DNA of 64,000 nucleotides from Yuukianura sp. NJ FZ-2021 (lineage: Eukaryota): NCBI GenBank assembly GCA_046563655.1, contig CM102283.1:8742001-8806000 (forward strand), given 5' to 3'. Made by a program: the position numbers and the translations under genes. Positions within the stretch are counted from its first letter, which is position 1, and every line of letters starts with the position of its first letter. Below are positions 53,701 to 64,000 of this stretch, piece after piece. Under the pieces are notes generated by a model that was not told the DNA's origin, did no database searches, and worked only from the letters and a program-made list of their open reading frames with translations.

Positions 53701-54074
53701 ACCAAATTGTTTAGTACCTGCTGTGCACTCCCCCGATTAGATGGTGAAGGCTCTGCGTCAGCAGGTAAGGCAGTAGTAGTAGTCTCAATGCTTCCAGGAA
53801 GGTAAATTACATTACGTAGATCGTCGAACAAGTAGATTTTCCCAAGGACTTCATGGAATTGTTGAATGACAAGCGACCTTCGTACTGGTGATGGTAGTTC
53901 CGGGGTAAATGTAACAGCATACTTGAAGAACAGGTCATTTTCCTTCAAAAACCGAAATCTCACTGAATTTGTTAAAATTCTTTGATTGAAGCTGAAAGTA
54001 AAACGTTTTAATATTTATCAAGATTAGCAAACTGGAGTATGCATGCGGAATGTTTTGAGTTACCGATGGTCCAT
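50730..54074 (-). CDS. Divergent PIWI-clade Argonaute, ~14 exons, ~810 aa
   Basis: N domain ILTNSVRF..KYAVTFTP..IYLFD. PAZ RWDLNPLSTF..ISFLDYYREQYGIQIVDLSQPIL..IPELC. MID LYQTVKRLC..VPSQ..QICCKLGGAPW. PIWI VGIDAYH, FRDGVS, NPIPGTVVD, YFNWPGSIRIPAVCQYAHK, and C-terminal LFYL. All exons can be spliced in frame. Confidence 0.92.
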
Positions 54075-54262
54075 TTTAAATCAAAGTTAAACTGGCACAG
54101 GTCAAATCCAGGTCAGCAGTAGCAGGTTTGTCCGTCCTCAGCTGTTCGTGATTCCAGATTCTAACAGCTGAGTTTACAGCTGAATCTGTCTCATATTTTC
54201 GCGGCAAATTCAAATATAATATGGACTTTGAATTTAGGCGGGCTTTCTCCATTCCAATTTCA

Positions 54263-54277
54263 GTTTCACGTGACAAC
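54263..54277. promoter_or_regulatory. RFX X-box-like element in the PIWI/MORN3 bidirectional promoter
   Basis: GTTTCACGTGACAAC (it also contains the E-box CACGTG), ~240 bp from the MORN3 ATG and ~190 bp from the PIWI ATG. Confidence 0.6.
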
Positions 54278-54516
54278 CACTATTTTTTAGCGTCCTTGTT
54301 TACCAATGTAAAAACAATAGCATGCTTCCTGGTTTTTTCATTTGATTTGATTGACACTGACGACGACAGTTATAAATATCGATTATCAATTAGATTTTTA
54401 TTCTTATTTAGTAGCCACTCATTTTCATAAGCCTAACGGTCATTTTTTTTTCTCCTGATTTTATTCAAAATTCACAAGCTGCTTGACCTTCACTCCAAAA
54501 ACGAAATTCTGACGAC

Positions 54517-55321
54517 ATGCCATATTTAAAATCCCTCAAAGATTCGCGCCCATGGTGGAGAGACGCCATGACGAAAGTTGCCCGGAACGGATTCCGTGCA
54601 GCGACATTTGGAGCCACCTCGGGAGACAAGTATACTGGAGAGTTCAAGGACGATGTCAAGCACGGTAAGCGAACAACTTCAACTTATGTAAATTTTAGAT
54701 CAATTGATTGATGTGCTGAATTATTCATATCCAGGGAAAGGAGTTCAGTACTACTCTAATGGAACGGTGTACGAAGGAGACTGGGCCGATGGAACTCGTC
54801 AAGGTCACGGCATTCTCAGCACCGACTGTGGCCACGGTGTCCATTCTCGAATCTACACTGGAATGTGGCATAACGACAAACCACATGGATTTGGTCTCCG
54901 ACAGTACAAAGATGGCAGTTTGTACAAGGGCATGTTTGGTCAAGGACTAAGACATGGTTATGGATGTATGTACTACCCGGATGGTCGGATTTACATGGGC
55001 CAGTGGACCAATGGGAGTCGAACAGGGGTAGGTCGTCTCATCCAATCAGACACCAAGAACTACTATGAAGGATCTTTCCACAAGGGAGTCAAGTGTGGTC
55101 GTGGAAGATACTACCATGTGAATACTGGGCAAATCCAAGATGGCGTCTGGGAGAGTAACATGGCCAAAGTGTCGCTCATGTGGGACGACAAGCGGACTCG
55201 CCCAATTGCCAAGCATCCTACACCTTACCCCATCCCACCAACTTACCTGGACAAACCTGCCATTGTCCTAATGGAAGCGGCTGTCCCAGTATTCGAACGA
55301 ACTAAAATTTGCAGCGCATAA
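54517..55321 (+). CDS. MORN3: MORN repeat-containing protein 3, 2 exons
   Basis: Intron 54665-54734. MP..W...ARNGFR..GDKYTGEFKDDVKHGKG, MORN repeats, and GQIQDGVWESNMAK..PTPYPIP..P..VLMEA, collinear with MORN3. Confidence 0.9.
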
Positions 55322-55765
55322 GCATTTTCCAAAATTTGTCAAAAACTACCAATCAATTTTTGTGTTTATGTAAAAATAATTCCATTTTAGCCAAATTAAA
55401 AATATTCAAAGGCAGAACACTATACCTATTTAGCACGGAAGTTAACTTTAATAATTTAGATTTTTTTAGAGCTTTGCAAAACAAAGTTGTCAATAAAAAT
55501 TTTAAAAAGTTTTCAACAGAAATATCCTAAAAGTAAAAATTTTTGCAAAAAAAAAATGGCTGAGGTAATGCTGGCCTGACACGCCTTCGAATTTAGACTG
55601 AAATTAAAATAGCTTTCAAGTAACTTAAAATTTAAAAAGGCGAAAAAAAAACTTCCTCGTAAATTCGTAACCATATCCACCTCACATATGCCTTTTCTTT
55701 TTTGAAATTTCGCAGTTTCATTAGGTGTCCATTGACGTTCGTTCAAAGTTGTTGTGAATTTCATC

Positions 55766-57080
55766 ATGCGTCTCTTAGAAAATAACGTCTTTCGATTGTA
55801 TTCAATCTCCGTCAATTTTGCAAGTTTCCTTCAAATCATTCCGTACAAATGGAACAGTCAGAAACAATTAATTGGTCTAAAAAAGTCAAAGTTACAATTA
55901 AAAATTTGGAAAAGTTTAGCATACTTGTCAATTGTCCACCAAATTTTCATTTCAATTAGACTTTACCAGTCCATTTCAGCTCAACAAGAGTCGTTCACGT
56001 ACTACTGTATCCAGGTCACATACTACAACTGGTTCATGGTCCTTGTCGTGGTTCAAATGTCTATTCTTGTGTTTCAAACAGAATTGATGCTATTCTTGAA
56101 TCGGTTTATCCTTTATTGCAACAGACTACAAAGTAAATGACAAAAATTTAAAAAGAAAATCCAATTAATTTTACCAAACTTACTTTTTCTAGAAAAATTC
56201 ATCAAACGCAATAATCCGAAGTCATTCTGGAATTGGCAACTGGAACTGCAATGTGTTCTGGCAAGTTTCAATTGCATGACGATCTTCTGTCCAGTACTCA
56301 CCATGATGATTTTCATTGAATTTCCGCATAACCAACTATTCATAACTTCTGTACTGCCATACGAAAGTCACTGGATCAACGTCTTTTTCGTTGGAATTCC
56401 AGTTAACATGTATTTTAACCTATGTATTTGGGCTACTTGTAACGCAATTGTCCACTTCGTCACACCGTGGGCCTATGTCACAATTTTCCTCAACAATGAA
56501 CTCAAGTATAATCAAAAATAATTTTCAATTATAAACTTGAAACCACAAAAACATTAATTCTTCCTGTTCTAGGGTCAAGGGCAGAAGCAAATTCACAAAG
56601 ATGGGATTTCGGAAACCATGGATGATATTTCACACATACCGATGCATGCAACTTCTAACGAATCAAATCAATACTATGACCAATATTCCTCTCATGATTG
56701 TCAATGACCTCATGGTTATAATGATTGTCCTCTCCAACCTCATTTTAGTTCGATTTCGAGACCGTCTCAATATATTTGCTGTAATTCTGTACTGCATCGT
56801 TGGTGGCTCAGCCTTCATGTATTTGGTAATGACTTACATTAAATTCGGAGAAGTGAATGCCATTTCTATTAAAACAATTAAATCCTTAAAGCGGTATCAA
56901 ATCGGTCTGGAAAACCTTGAGAAAAGAACAGTCGGGAAATACATGAGAAGTTGTGCACCGTTAAAAATACAAATTGGGTCATTCGGTCACTATAAAAAAC
57001 CGAATACAATTAGAATAGTCGGAAAACAATTGACCTACACGCTCAAATTTCTGCTAATGACAAAAAAGTTTTTCAAGTAA
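55766..57080 (+). CDS. Multi-pass membrane protein, insect chemoreceptor (GR/OR)-like, copy A, ~395 aa
   Basis: Exons 55766-56132, 56193-56505, 56573-57080. About 7 hydrophobic segments; the C-terminal APLKIQIGSFG..TIRIVGKQLTYTL resembles the TM7 region of the 7TM ion-channel chemoreceptor superfamily. Confidence 0.75.
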
Positions 57081-57332
57081 AATTCGGAAGCGTCAAAAAA
57101 GTTCATAGAAGTAAGAATATAAGACCAATAATTTATGTAACTGAAAGTGCTAAATTTTTGAGAAATGTTGTATAAAATACTAACAAGGTCAATTCAAATC
57201 CAAATTCTGCACTAGTTTTTAACTAACTAACTGAAAATACTGCATTTTGTAATTAATTACTGTTGATCATACTGTGTAATAAAAATTCCTAAGGTACATA
57301 ACTATTGTTGACTAACTTAAAATGGCACAAGG

Positions 57333-57520
57333 TCATTTCCGCTTAGAAATTGCGGGGAACTTACGATCCAACCAAGTGCCGATTGATTTCATGAAATTTC
57401 TTCCGTTGACTTCGCATAAAAATTGGTATTACGATGGTTTCAAGTTTTGTAGTTCGAGTATTCCAACATGAAACAGTAAAGACGTAGGAGTCGCAAAAAG
57501 CAATTACCATCCTCCATCTG
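57333..57520 (-). pseudogene. Degenerate duplicate of the TMEM135 last exon
   Basis: Aligns with 59609-59930 but has an internal deletion of ~135 bp and many substitutions. Confidence 0.85.
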
Positions 57521-57830
57521 CATAAATAGTTTAGATTTTTTTGAAAGCTACTTTCAAAACAAAGGTCAATAAAAATTTCATAATTCCTCAAATTATATTA
57601 TACTAAAAAGTCAAAAAATTTTTTGCAAGCGACACCCAAATGGCTGAAATATTGTCGACACGCCTACTTTAGACTCAAATGCCGACTTTTAAGTAATAAA
57701 AAAATTTCAAAACTCGAAAAAAGAAATTCCTAGTAAATTCGTAAGCACCTCACATACGCCTTTTCTTTTTTGAAATTTTCCAGTTTCATTAGGTGTCCAT
57801 CGACGTTCCTTCAAAGTCGGGAATTCCAAA

Positions 57831-59359
57831 ATGCGTCTTCTGGAAAACAACGTCCTTCGATTATATTCAATCTCCATCAATTTTGCAAGTTTTCTTCAAA
57901 TCATTCCGTACGAATGGAACAGTCAGCAACAATTAATCGGCCTAAAAAAGTCAAAGTTGCAATTAAAAATTTGGAAAAGTTTAGCATACTTGTCAATTGT
58001 CCATCAAATTTTCATTTCAATTAGACTTTACCAGTCAATTTCAGCTCAACAAGAGTCGTTCACTTTCTACTGCATCCAGGTCACCTACTACATCGGTTTC
58101 TCGCTCCTTCTCGTCCTTCAAATGTCTTTTGTTGCCTTTCAAACGGAATGGATGCTGTTCTTGAACCGATTCATCCTTTACTGCAACAGAATACAACGTA
58201 AATTACAAAAAGCTAAAACAAAATTTAATTTATCGATAACTATTTTCACAAAACTTACTTTTGCAGAAAAGTTCATGAAACGAAATAATCCGGAGTCATT
58301 CTGGAACTGGCAACTGGAACTGCAATGTGTCCTGGCAAGTTTCAGCTGCATGACGATCTTCTGTCCAGTACTCACCATGATGTTTTTCATTGAATTTCCG
58401 CATGCGCAACTATTCATTACATCTGTACTGCCATACGAAAGTCACTGGATCAACGTCTTTTTCGTTGGAATTCCAGTTAACATGGTGTTTAACCTATGGA
58501 TTTGGGCTACTTGTAACGTAATTCTCCACTTCATCACACCGTGGGCCTATGTCACAATTTTCCTCAACAATGAACTCAAGTATAATCATATAGACATGCC
58601 AAAAATATTTAGTTCCCATGCCTGTAATGTCAACAGAATCAATATTTTGGGCTTTTTTATTACTAAGTATTTATTGATTTTCCCATGCTCTTAATGTTAA
58701 TTAAGTAAATATTTTGAGGTTTTTAATGAAAAATATTTAATATTTAAATATTTTGCGGGTTTTTAGTAAATATTTTTGGCATGTCTAAAATCAAGAATAA
58801 TTTTCAATTATAAATTTCAAACCACAAAAACATTAATTTTTCCTGTTCTAGGGTCAAAGGCACAAGCAGATTTACGAAGATGGCATTTCGGAAACCCTGG
58901 ATGATATTTCACACCTACCGATGCTTGCAACTTCTAACGAATCAATTCAATACTTTGGCCAGTATTGTTCTCATGACTGTAAATGATCTCATGGTTGTAA
59001 TGACTGTACTCTCCAACTTCATTTTAGTTCGATTCCGACATCGTCTCAATATATTTTCCGTAATTCTGTACTACATCGTTGGTGGCTCAGGATTCATATA
59101 TTTGGTAATGGCTTACATCAAATTCGGCGAAGTCAATGGCATTTCTATAAAAACAATCAAATCCTTAAAGCGGTATCAAATCGGTCTGGAGAAACTTGAA
59201 AAAAGAACAGTCGGGAAATACATGCGAAGTTGTGCACCGTTAAAAATACAAATTGGGTCATTCGGTCACTTTAAAAAACCAAATACAATTAGAATAGTAG
59301 GAAAACAACTGACGTACACGCTCAAATTTTTGCTAATGACAAAAAAGTTTTTCAAGTAA
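57831..59359 (+). CDS. Chemoreceptor-like 7TM protein, copy B
   Basis: Same three-exon structure as copy A and a highly similar protein. Confidence 0.75.
58591..58787. mobile_element. hAT-like MITE in intron 2 of receptor copy B
   Basis: TIR TAGACATGCCAAAAATATTTA / TAAATATTTTTGGCATGTCTA. Absent from the same intron of copy A (empty site TAATCAAA); flanks TAATCATA / AAATCAAG. Confidence 0.88.
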
Positions 59360-59608
59360 AAATCGATCGCATGTAAAAACAGTACACAAAGAAGTAAGAC
59401 GATGAATAAGTTACGTACTAAAGCGTGCTAAATTTTTAAAAAATGCTCTATAAAATGAGAACACTGTCAACCGAAATTTCAATTCTGCACTAGTTTTGAA
59501 CTAACTAAACTGAAAATACTGCAATTAATTACTGTTGATCATATACTGTGTAATAAAAATGCCCTAAAGCTGGTTAACTATTTTTGACTAACTTTCCATG
59601 GCACAACG

Positions 59609-61623
59609 TCATTTCCGCTTAGAAATTGCGGTGAGCGTAAGTTCCTTGATCATTTCATTTCCTCTTCCATAAGTTTCTCTATCCTCCAGTAGCTTCTTCA
59701 TGTACGGTGTAATCCGTTTCTTGTCTAAAGTTGGCCAGAAATCCTTCATGAGTGAGTTGCTAGCGGTTCCATAGACTGTAGTCAAGTGTCGATTGATTTC
59801 ATGGAATTTCTTGCCAGTGACTTTGCATAGAAATTGGTAATACGATGGCTTCAAATTTTGTGGTTCGAGTATTCCAGCATGAAACAGAACAGACGTAGAA
59901 ATAGCAAAGAGCAAAGACCATCCTCCACCGTAGGCTGAATCGAACCATGTTATGAATCGGTAGTTGTTTTGCCTGTAACAAAAATTAGTTAAATTATGAA
60001 ACTGAGGAATCAAAATTCAAAAATTATGAAATGCAATTACTTACTCGTGAGCTTCCCTGACTACAGATTCCAGCGCTTTGAAGAAGACGTAAAGAGCAAT
60101 CGTCGGGGGAGGACGGAGAAGCGCAAATCCAAAGGCGGAAGTCATTACACCAGCAGCCACGGCGTGAATCGGATCTTCATTTCCCAGAAGCCAACGGAAG
60201 GCACACGACAGGAGTCGAAAGGAGAGGCAGATGGAGCTAAATCCAGCTCCAGTTTTAATGCAATTGTATGAAATTATTGAAGGGCGTTTTAGCAGTGGCA
60301 GCTTTTTAGAAGAACGTGACAGGAGTAGAGACCGAATGAACATGAAGATGTTAATTAGTAATTGAATTCCAATTCCAGCTCCAAATCGAGACAGGAAGCC
60401 CTAAAAAAATACACAGTTTATATCTGTACACAAAGTCAAGATTAGCATCCAGTCTTACTTCAATCCAATAGTCGAAACATGGCTTCCGATGAGGGCAAGT
60501 ATCGTGTAATCGTCCTTCGTAAACCGCAGCTACCATTCGTTCCAAATGACAAGCGATATCTTCCACTTGACGGTGCATCCATAACACAAATCTTATAAAT
60601 CGTGCTCGGTAACTTTCATCTCTCTTTCGATTTGGTTGTGGATTTTGGACAACTTGGCCATTTTCGTTAACTTCCATCGCTGGGCCACCAATCACTAAGC
60701 CTGGTCCGACGTTGTTGACTTCGCGCTGGCCCATTATGGCTTCATTCCTTTCGGCTTCAAGTTCTGGAGCAATGAGAACTTCCTCTTGTGCTGACACTTC
60801 TTTTCGAGTAAATTCTTCCCTCCCAATTATTGTCCTAGTTAACGAGAGACAAAGTTAATTCCACTTAATTCTGAATGACGTGATAATTTGATCAATTATC
60901 AATTCTTACTTCAGTACTGTATTAACTGCATCAGTTGCTTTGTTGTTGGATTTCTTCATTTGATACAAAAGAGTAGTTGTAGAAATGATAAACAAGACTA
61001 GATCGAAGTGCTTAATGTTTTGAACGATCCCTCTGAAAACAAAAGTCCCTCCATTTATAATATCAAACTGATTTCATCTTAGTTAATTTCCATACCTGGC
61101 TCGAAGCATGCGGAATATCGTTTCAAAAGCGACATTTGTGACATATAACGCCAACGCTGAACGTCGATGTGGCTTTTCAATAAGTATGGCAGCATATGAT
61201 CCCAGGAAAGCCGGCAAGTATCCCACACTTAAAAAATTAAAGTGGCCGAAAACTTTACGCAGGAGACAGAATGCCACAACGAAGCCGAATCCATTGACGC
61301 CAAGAAAGGTTGACGACCGAACGACATCTTTCAGTATCTTGAGCACTTCCTCTCTGCTATTCGGGTAGCGCTTACTGGCAAGGAGGGACACCTAAAAAGT
61401 GAAATTAGGCAACCACGATTAAAACAAATTCTGAAGCAGTTAACTAAGAAGCTATATGTTAACGTAAACGTACCACATAACATGATGTATAAATCTTAAA
61501 ACTTTCTTTGAAACAGTGATAGCCTATGCCAACTGCAGCCTTTGTACATGAAGGATTCCATGTGTGACCCAATTCGTAGCAGTTGAATGGTAGTCGATGA
61601 AATTTACTTGCAGCTGGAGCCAT
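59609..61623 (-). CDS. TMEM135: Transmembrane protein 135
   Basis: NCYELGHTWNPSC, ESFKIY, RSSTFLGVNG, YAAILIEKPHRRSALALYVTNVAFETIFRM, HDTCPH..C, EPQNLKPSYYQFL. Confidence 0.92.
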
Positions 61624-62203
61624 ACTTCAATTTCAATTGGATAATCAATCAGTACGAATAAATTCCTTAGTCGCTGGACATGGGCATGGGGTGACAGACT
61701 TGTTGACTGTCAACGGCACAATTACCCAGCATGAACAGCTGATGGTGGATACTGGGCAACAAAACAATAACCAACACCGACAACAACATAAAAAGTGTAG
61801 ACACCGAGACCGAGACCGAATTTCGGTGCATTTTTAGAAACTTTGTTTTAGATTTCTTAATTCAAATTGTGTGAATCCCGCTCCCGCTGCAGTCTCACTT
61901 GCTAAATCTGTCATAGAAAATTGTTTAACAATAAGGTTATGAATGCTGAAATTCTGGACAATATGGACGCATAAAATATTTGTAGGTAGTAATCGTTGTT
62001 TCATTTGTCAATTGCGGTGGGTTTTATCACGTGAGACACTTCCTGGTTGTCAGAAGTAAACTAGTAATTTCCAAGTGATACATTAATTAAATTAATTAAA
62101 AATTCCAGACTTTACGCTAACAAAGTCCAAACTTGCACCAAACATTGCAGTTCTCAGGTAGGACTACTAAGAAGCCAGCGAATTCTTCAGTGTAAAAAAA
62201 AGT

Positions 62204-63157
62204 ATGAAAATGAATTCCAAGATTTGTGTTCTAATTTCAATCTGCCTAATGGCGACAATTCCTATGGGCTCAGCGTTCAAAATATTTGGATTTGATCCGT
62301 TCAATGCCCTGTTCGTTGGCGTCGACTACGTTTTGAACAACGCCACTGAAATCCCGCTTCCGGAGAAACCGAAACTGACCCTAGGAACAATCGAAGAAGC
62401 CCAACATTACGTTCATTTTGCTGCTGCAACGTACTGTGACAACGAGAACCTAAGCGATTGGAGCTGCATCGAGTGTCGACGAGCAAGTCCGGATGTCAAA
62501 CTACTAACGGTCATGACCGATAAGTGGCTAGCGACTCAGGGAATTATCACTGAAAATAAAGTCACGGATGAGGTCGTAGTGGTATTCCGTGGAAGCGTTT
62601 ACTTTATGAACTACGTTCAAGATTTTGTTAACATGGGCAAAGGACCATCGCCCTACGGTGAACCAAATATAGAAATTCACAATGGATTCTTGGCCTCAAC
62701 TGATTCAGTTTACGACGATCTTCTACCAATTGTCAGTAAATTGTACAAAGACAAGCCAAGCCGAACGATTACGTTGGTTGGACACAGCCTTGGAGCATCC
62801 ATGGCCCTCTTGACATATTTCAGACTTCGGCATGACATTCCGGACGCCAAGTATCAACTTTTCAGTTACGGTCAACCGAGGACAGGAAATACCGCATTTG
62901 CAGACTGGTTCAACAGCCAAACGTTGAAGACAGCCAGAGTTGTCAATGGTGGCGACATTACTCCGCATATCTTCCCTGCCTACTTGTCAAATGCGCATGT
63001 TCAAACAGAATTCTGGATCCATGATGGACAAACGACTATTTGCTCGCAAAAGGATTACGAAGATCCAAATTGTTCAAATTCAGTTGATGTCGACGACCTC
63101 AGTACAAAGGATCATTTGAACTACTACGGAACTGTATTGGGATCTTGTACAGAATGA
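62204..63157 (+). CDS. Secreted class-3 triacylglycerol lipase, fungal type, intronless
   Basis: Signal peptide; ATYC, WSCIEC, VVFRGS, HNGF, GHSLG (Ser), YGQPRTGN, GDITPH (Asp), EDPNCSNSV, DHLNYYG (His). Confidence 0.95.
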   Translation: MKMNSKICVLISICLMATIPMGSAFKIFGFDPFNALFVGVDYVLNNATEIPLPEKPKLTLGTIEEAQHYVHFAAATYCDNENLSDWSCIECRRASPDVKLLTVMTDKWLATQGIITENKVTDEVVVVFRGSVYFMNYVQDFVNMGKGPSPYGEPNIEIHNGFLASTDSVYDDLLPIVSKLYKDKPSRTITLVGHSLGASMALLTYFRLRHDIPDAKYQLFSYGQPRTGNTAFADWFNSQTLKTARVVNGGDITPHIFPAYLSNAHVQTEFWIHDGQTTICSQKDYEDPNCSNSVDVDDLSTKDHLNYYGTVLGSCTE

Positions 63158-63304
63158 GAATAATTATGAGATTAACTAATCGGCATTAAAAAAAACAGTC
63201 ATGTTGGTCGTTTATGGTTCCATTAGGATAACAATTTAAAAAAGAATCTAACAATAAGTTATATTTTCATAACGTAAAAATGTATTGAGAAATACTGTCG
63301 AAAC

Positions 63305-63314
63305 AAAAAAAAAA
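63305..63314 (-). terminator. RNA polymerase III terminator of the 5S gene
   Basis: T10 run on the minus strand directly after the 5S 3' end. Confidence 0.85.
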
Positions 63315-63316
63315 GA

Positions 63317-63436
63317 ATGCCAAGAGCACCCGGGGTTCCCAGGCGGTCACCCATCCAAGTACTAACCGGGCCCGACGTTGCTTAACTTCAGTGATCGGAC
63401 GAGAACTGGTGCTTTCAACGTGGTATGGACCTTGGC
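63317..63436 (-). rRNA. 5S rRNA
   Basis: GCCAAGGTCCATACCACGTTGAAAGCACCAGTTCTCGTCCGATCACTGAAGTTAAGC...AGTACTTGGATGGGTGACCGCCTGGGAACCCCGGGTGCTCTTGGCA; complementary ends, and intact A and C boxes. Confidence 0.97.
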
Positions 63437-63594
63437 GAAATGTGACGGGAAAATAGCACATCATAAACTTCGTCACAACCACAACAAAAATCCGTCTGTG
63501 TGAACCCCGATCATCCAGTTTCGAATCAAATATACAAAATGATTATCGTTTTCAGTATTTTATGTAACTGTTTTTGCTCTTTGTAAATTTTGGT

Positions 63595-63610
63595 GGCCCT
63601 TAAAAGGGCC
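63595..63610 (-). other. Replication-dependent histone 3' stem-loop
   Basis: GGCCCTTTTAAGGGCC followed by ACCA, then a purine-rich AAAGAG histone downstream element. Confidence 0.93.
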
Positions 63611-63675
63611 TTTGGTCAAATAGGAATAATGTTGATAAATTAATTTGCATTTGGAGTAGATCTGTGATGTTGGAA

Positions 63676-64000
63676 TTATTTGGAGGAAGTGTATTTGGTG
63701 ACAGCCTTGGTTCCTTCAGAGACTGCGTGTTTGGCCAATTCTCCGGGGAGCAGAAGACGAACAGCAGTTTGAATCTCGCGGGAAGTGATGGTGGTCCGCT
63801 TGTTGTAGTGGGAGAGACGAGAGGCCTCAGCAGCAATCCGTTCGAAGATGTCGTTGACGAAGGAGTTCATGATTGACATGGCCTTGGAGGAGACGCCAGT
63901 GTCCGGATGAACTTGCTTGAGGACCTTGTAGATGTAGATGGCGTAGGACTCCTTCCTCTTCATCTTCTTTTTCTTCTTGTCCCCCTTCGAGATGTTCTTC
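63676..64000 (-). CDS. H2B: Histone H2B (5' end outside the window)
   Basis: [34 protein letters not shown]...AVTKYTSSK. Confidence 0.99.
   Translation of the reverse strand, partial: KNISKGDKKKKKMKRKESYAIYIYKVLKQVHPDTGVSSKAMSIMNSFVNDIFERIAAEASRLSHYNKRTTITSREIQTAVRLLLPGELAKHAVSEGTKAVTKYTSSK

Noticed and set aside
63267-63482. 71-aa ORF
   Set aside because: It is a translation of the 5S rRNA gene.
63500-63535. GTTTCGAATC B-box-like motif upstream of the 5S gene
   Set aside because: No cloverleaf or A box could be built, so it is not called as a tRNA.

Overview
AT-rich, intron-containing animal DNA. The FMRFamide-receptor, histone, 5S and insect-type 7TM receptor sequences point to an arthropod; a basal hexapod such as a springtail is plausible but is inference. 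I reconstructed spliced genes by hand from GT-AG sites. From left to right they are: an unrecognised 403-aa orphan, a divergent FMRFamide-receptor-like GPCR, DNAAF1, PPP1R42, the FMRFamide receptor orthologue, a secreted CAP/SCP protein, a very divergent PIWI-clade Argonaute head-to-head with MORN3, a tandem pair of 7TM chemoreceptor-like genes, TMEM135, an intronless fungal-type class-3 lipase, a 5S rRNA gene and the 3' part of histone H2B. Non-coding content includes a 59-bp and a 154-bp satellite and at least seven MITE/TIR families. The most interesting signals are: (1) a PIWI lacking the RG-rich N-terminus but keeping its slicer tetrad, and sharing an RFX X-box promoter with a sperm/cilium gene; (2) several motile-cilium genes with X-boxes, including an X-box-like site before the orphan; (3) strong enrichment of AAGTGAAAGT and of nuclear-receptor DR1 motifs; (4) two candidate fungal-type horizontally acquired genes; (5) 5S-histone linkage; (6) a possible micro-exon created by an intronic duplication. 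Exon boundaries are manual and may be off by a few bases.
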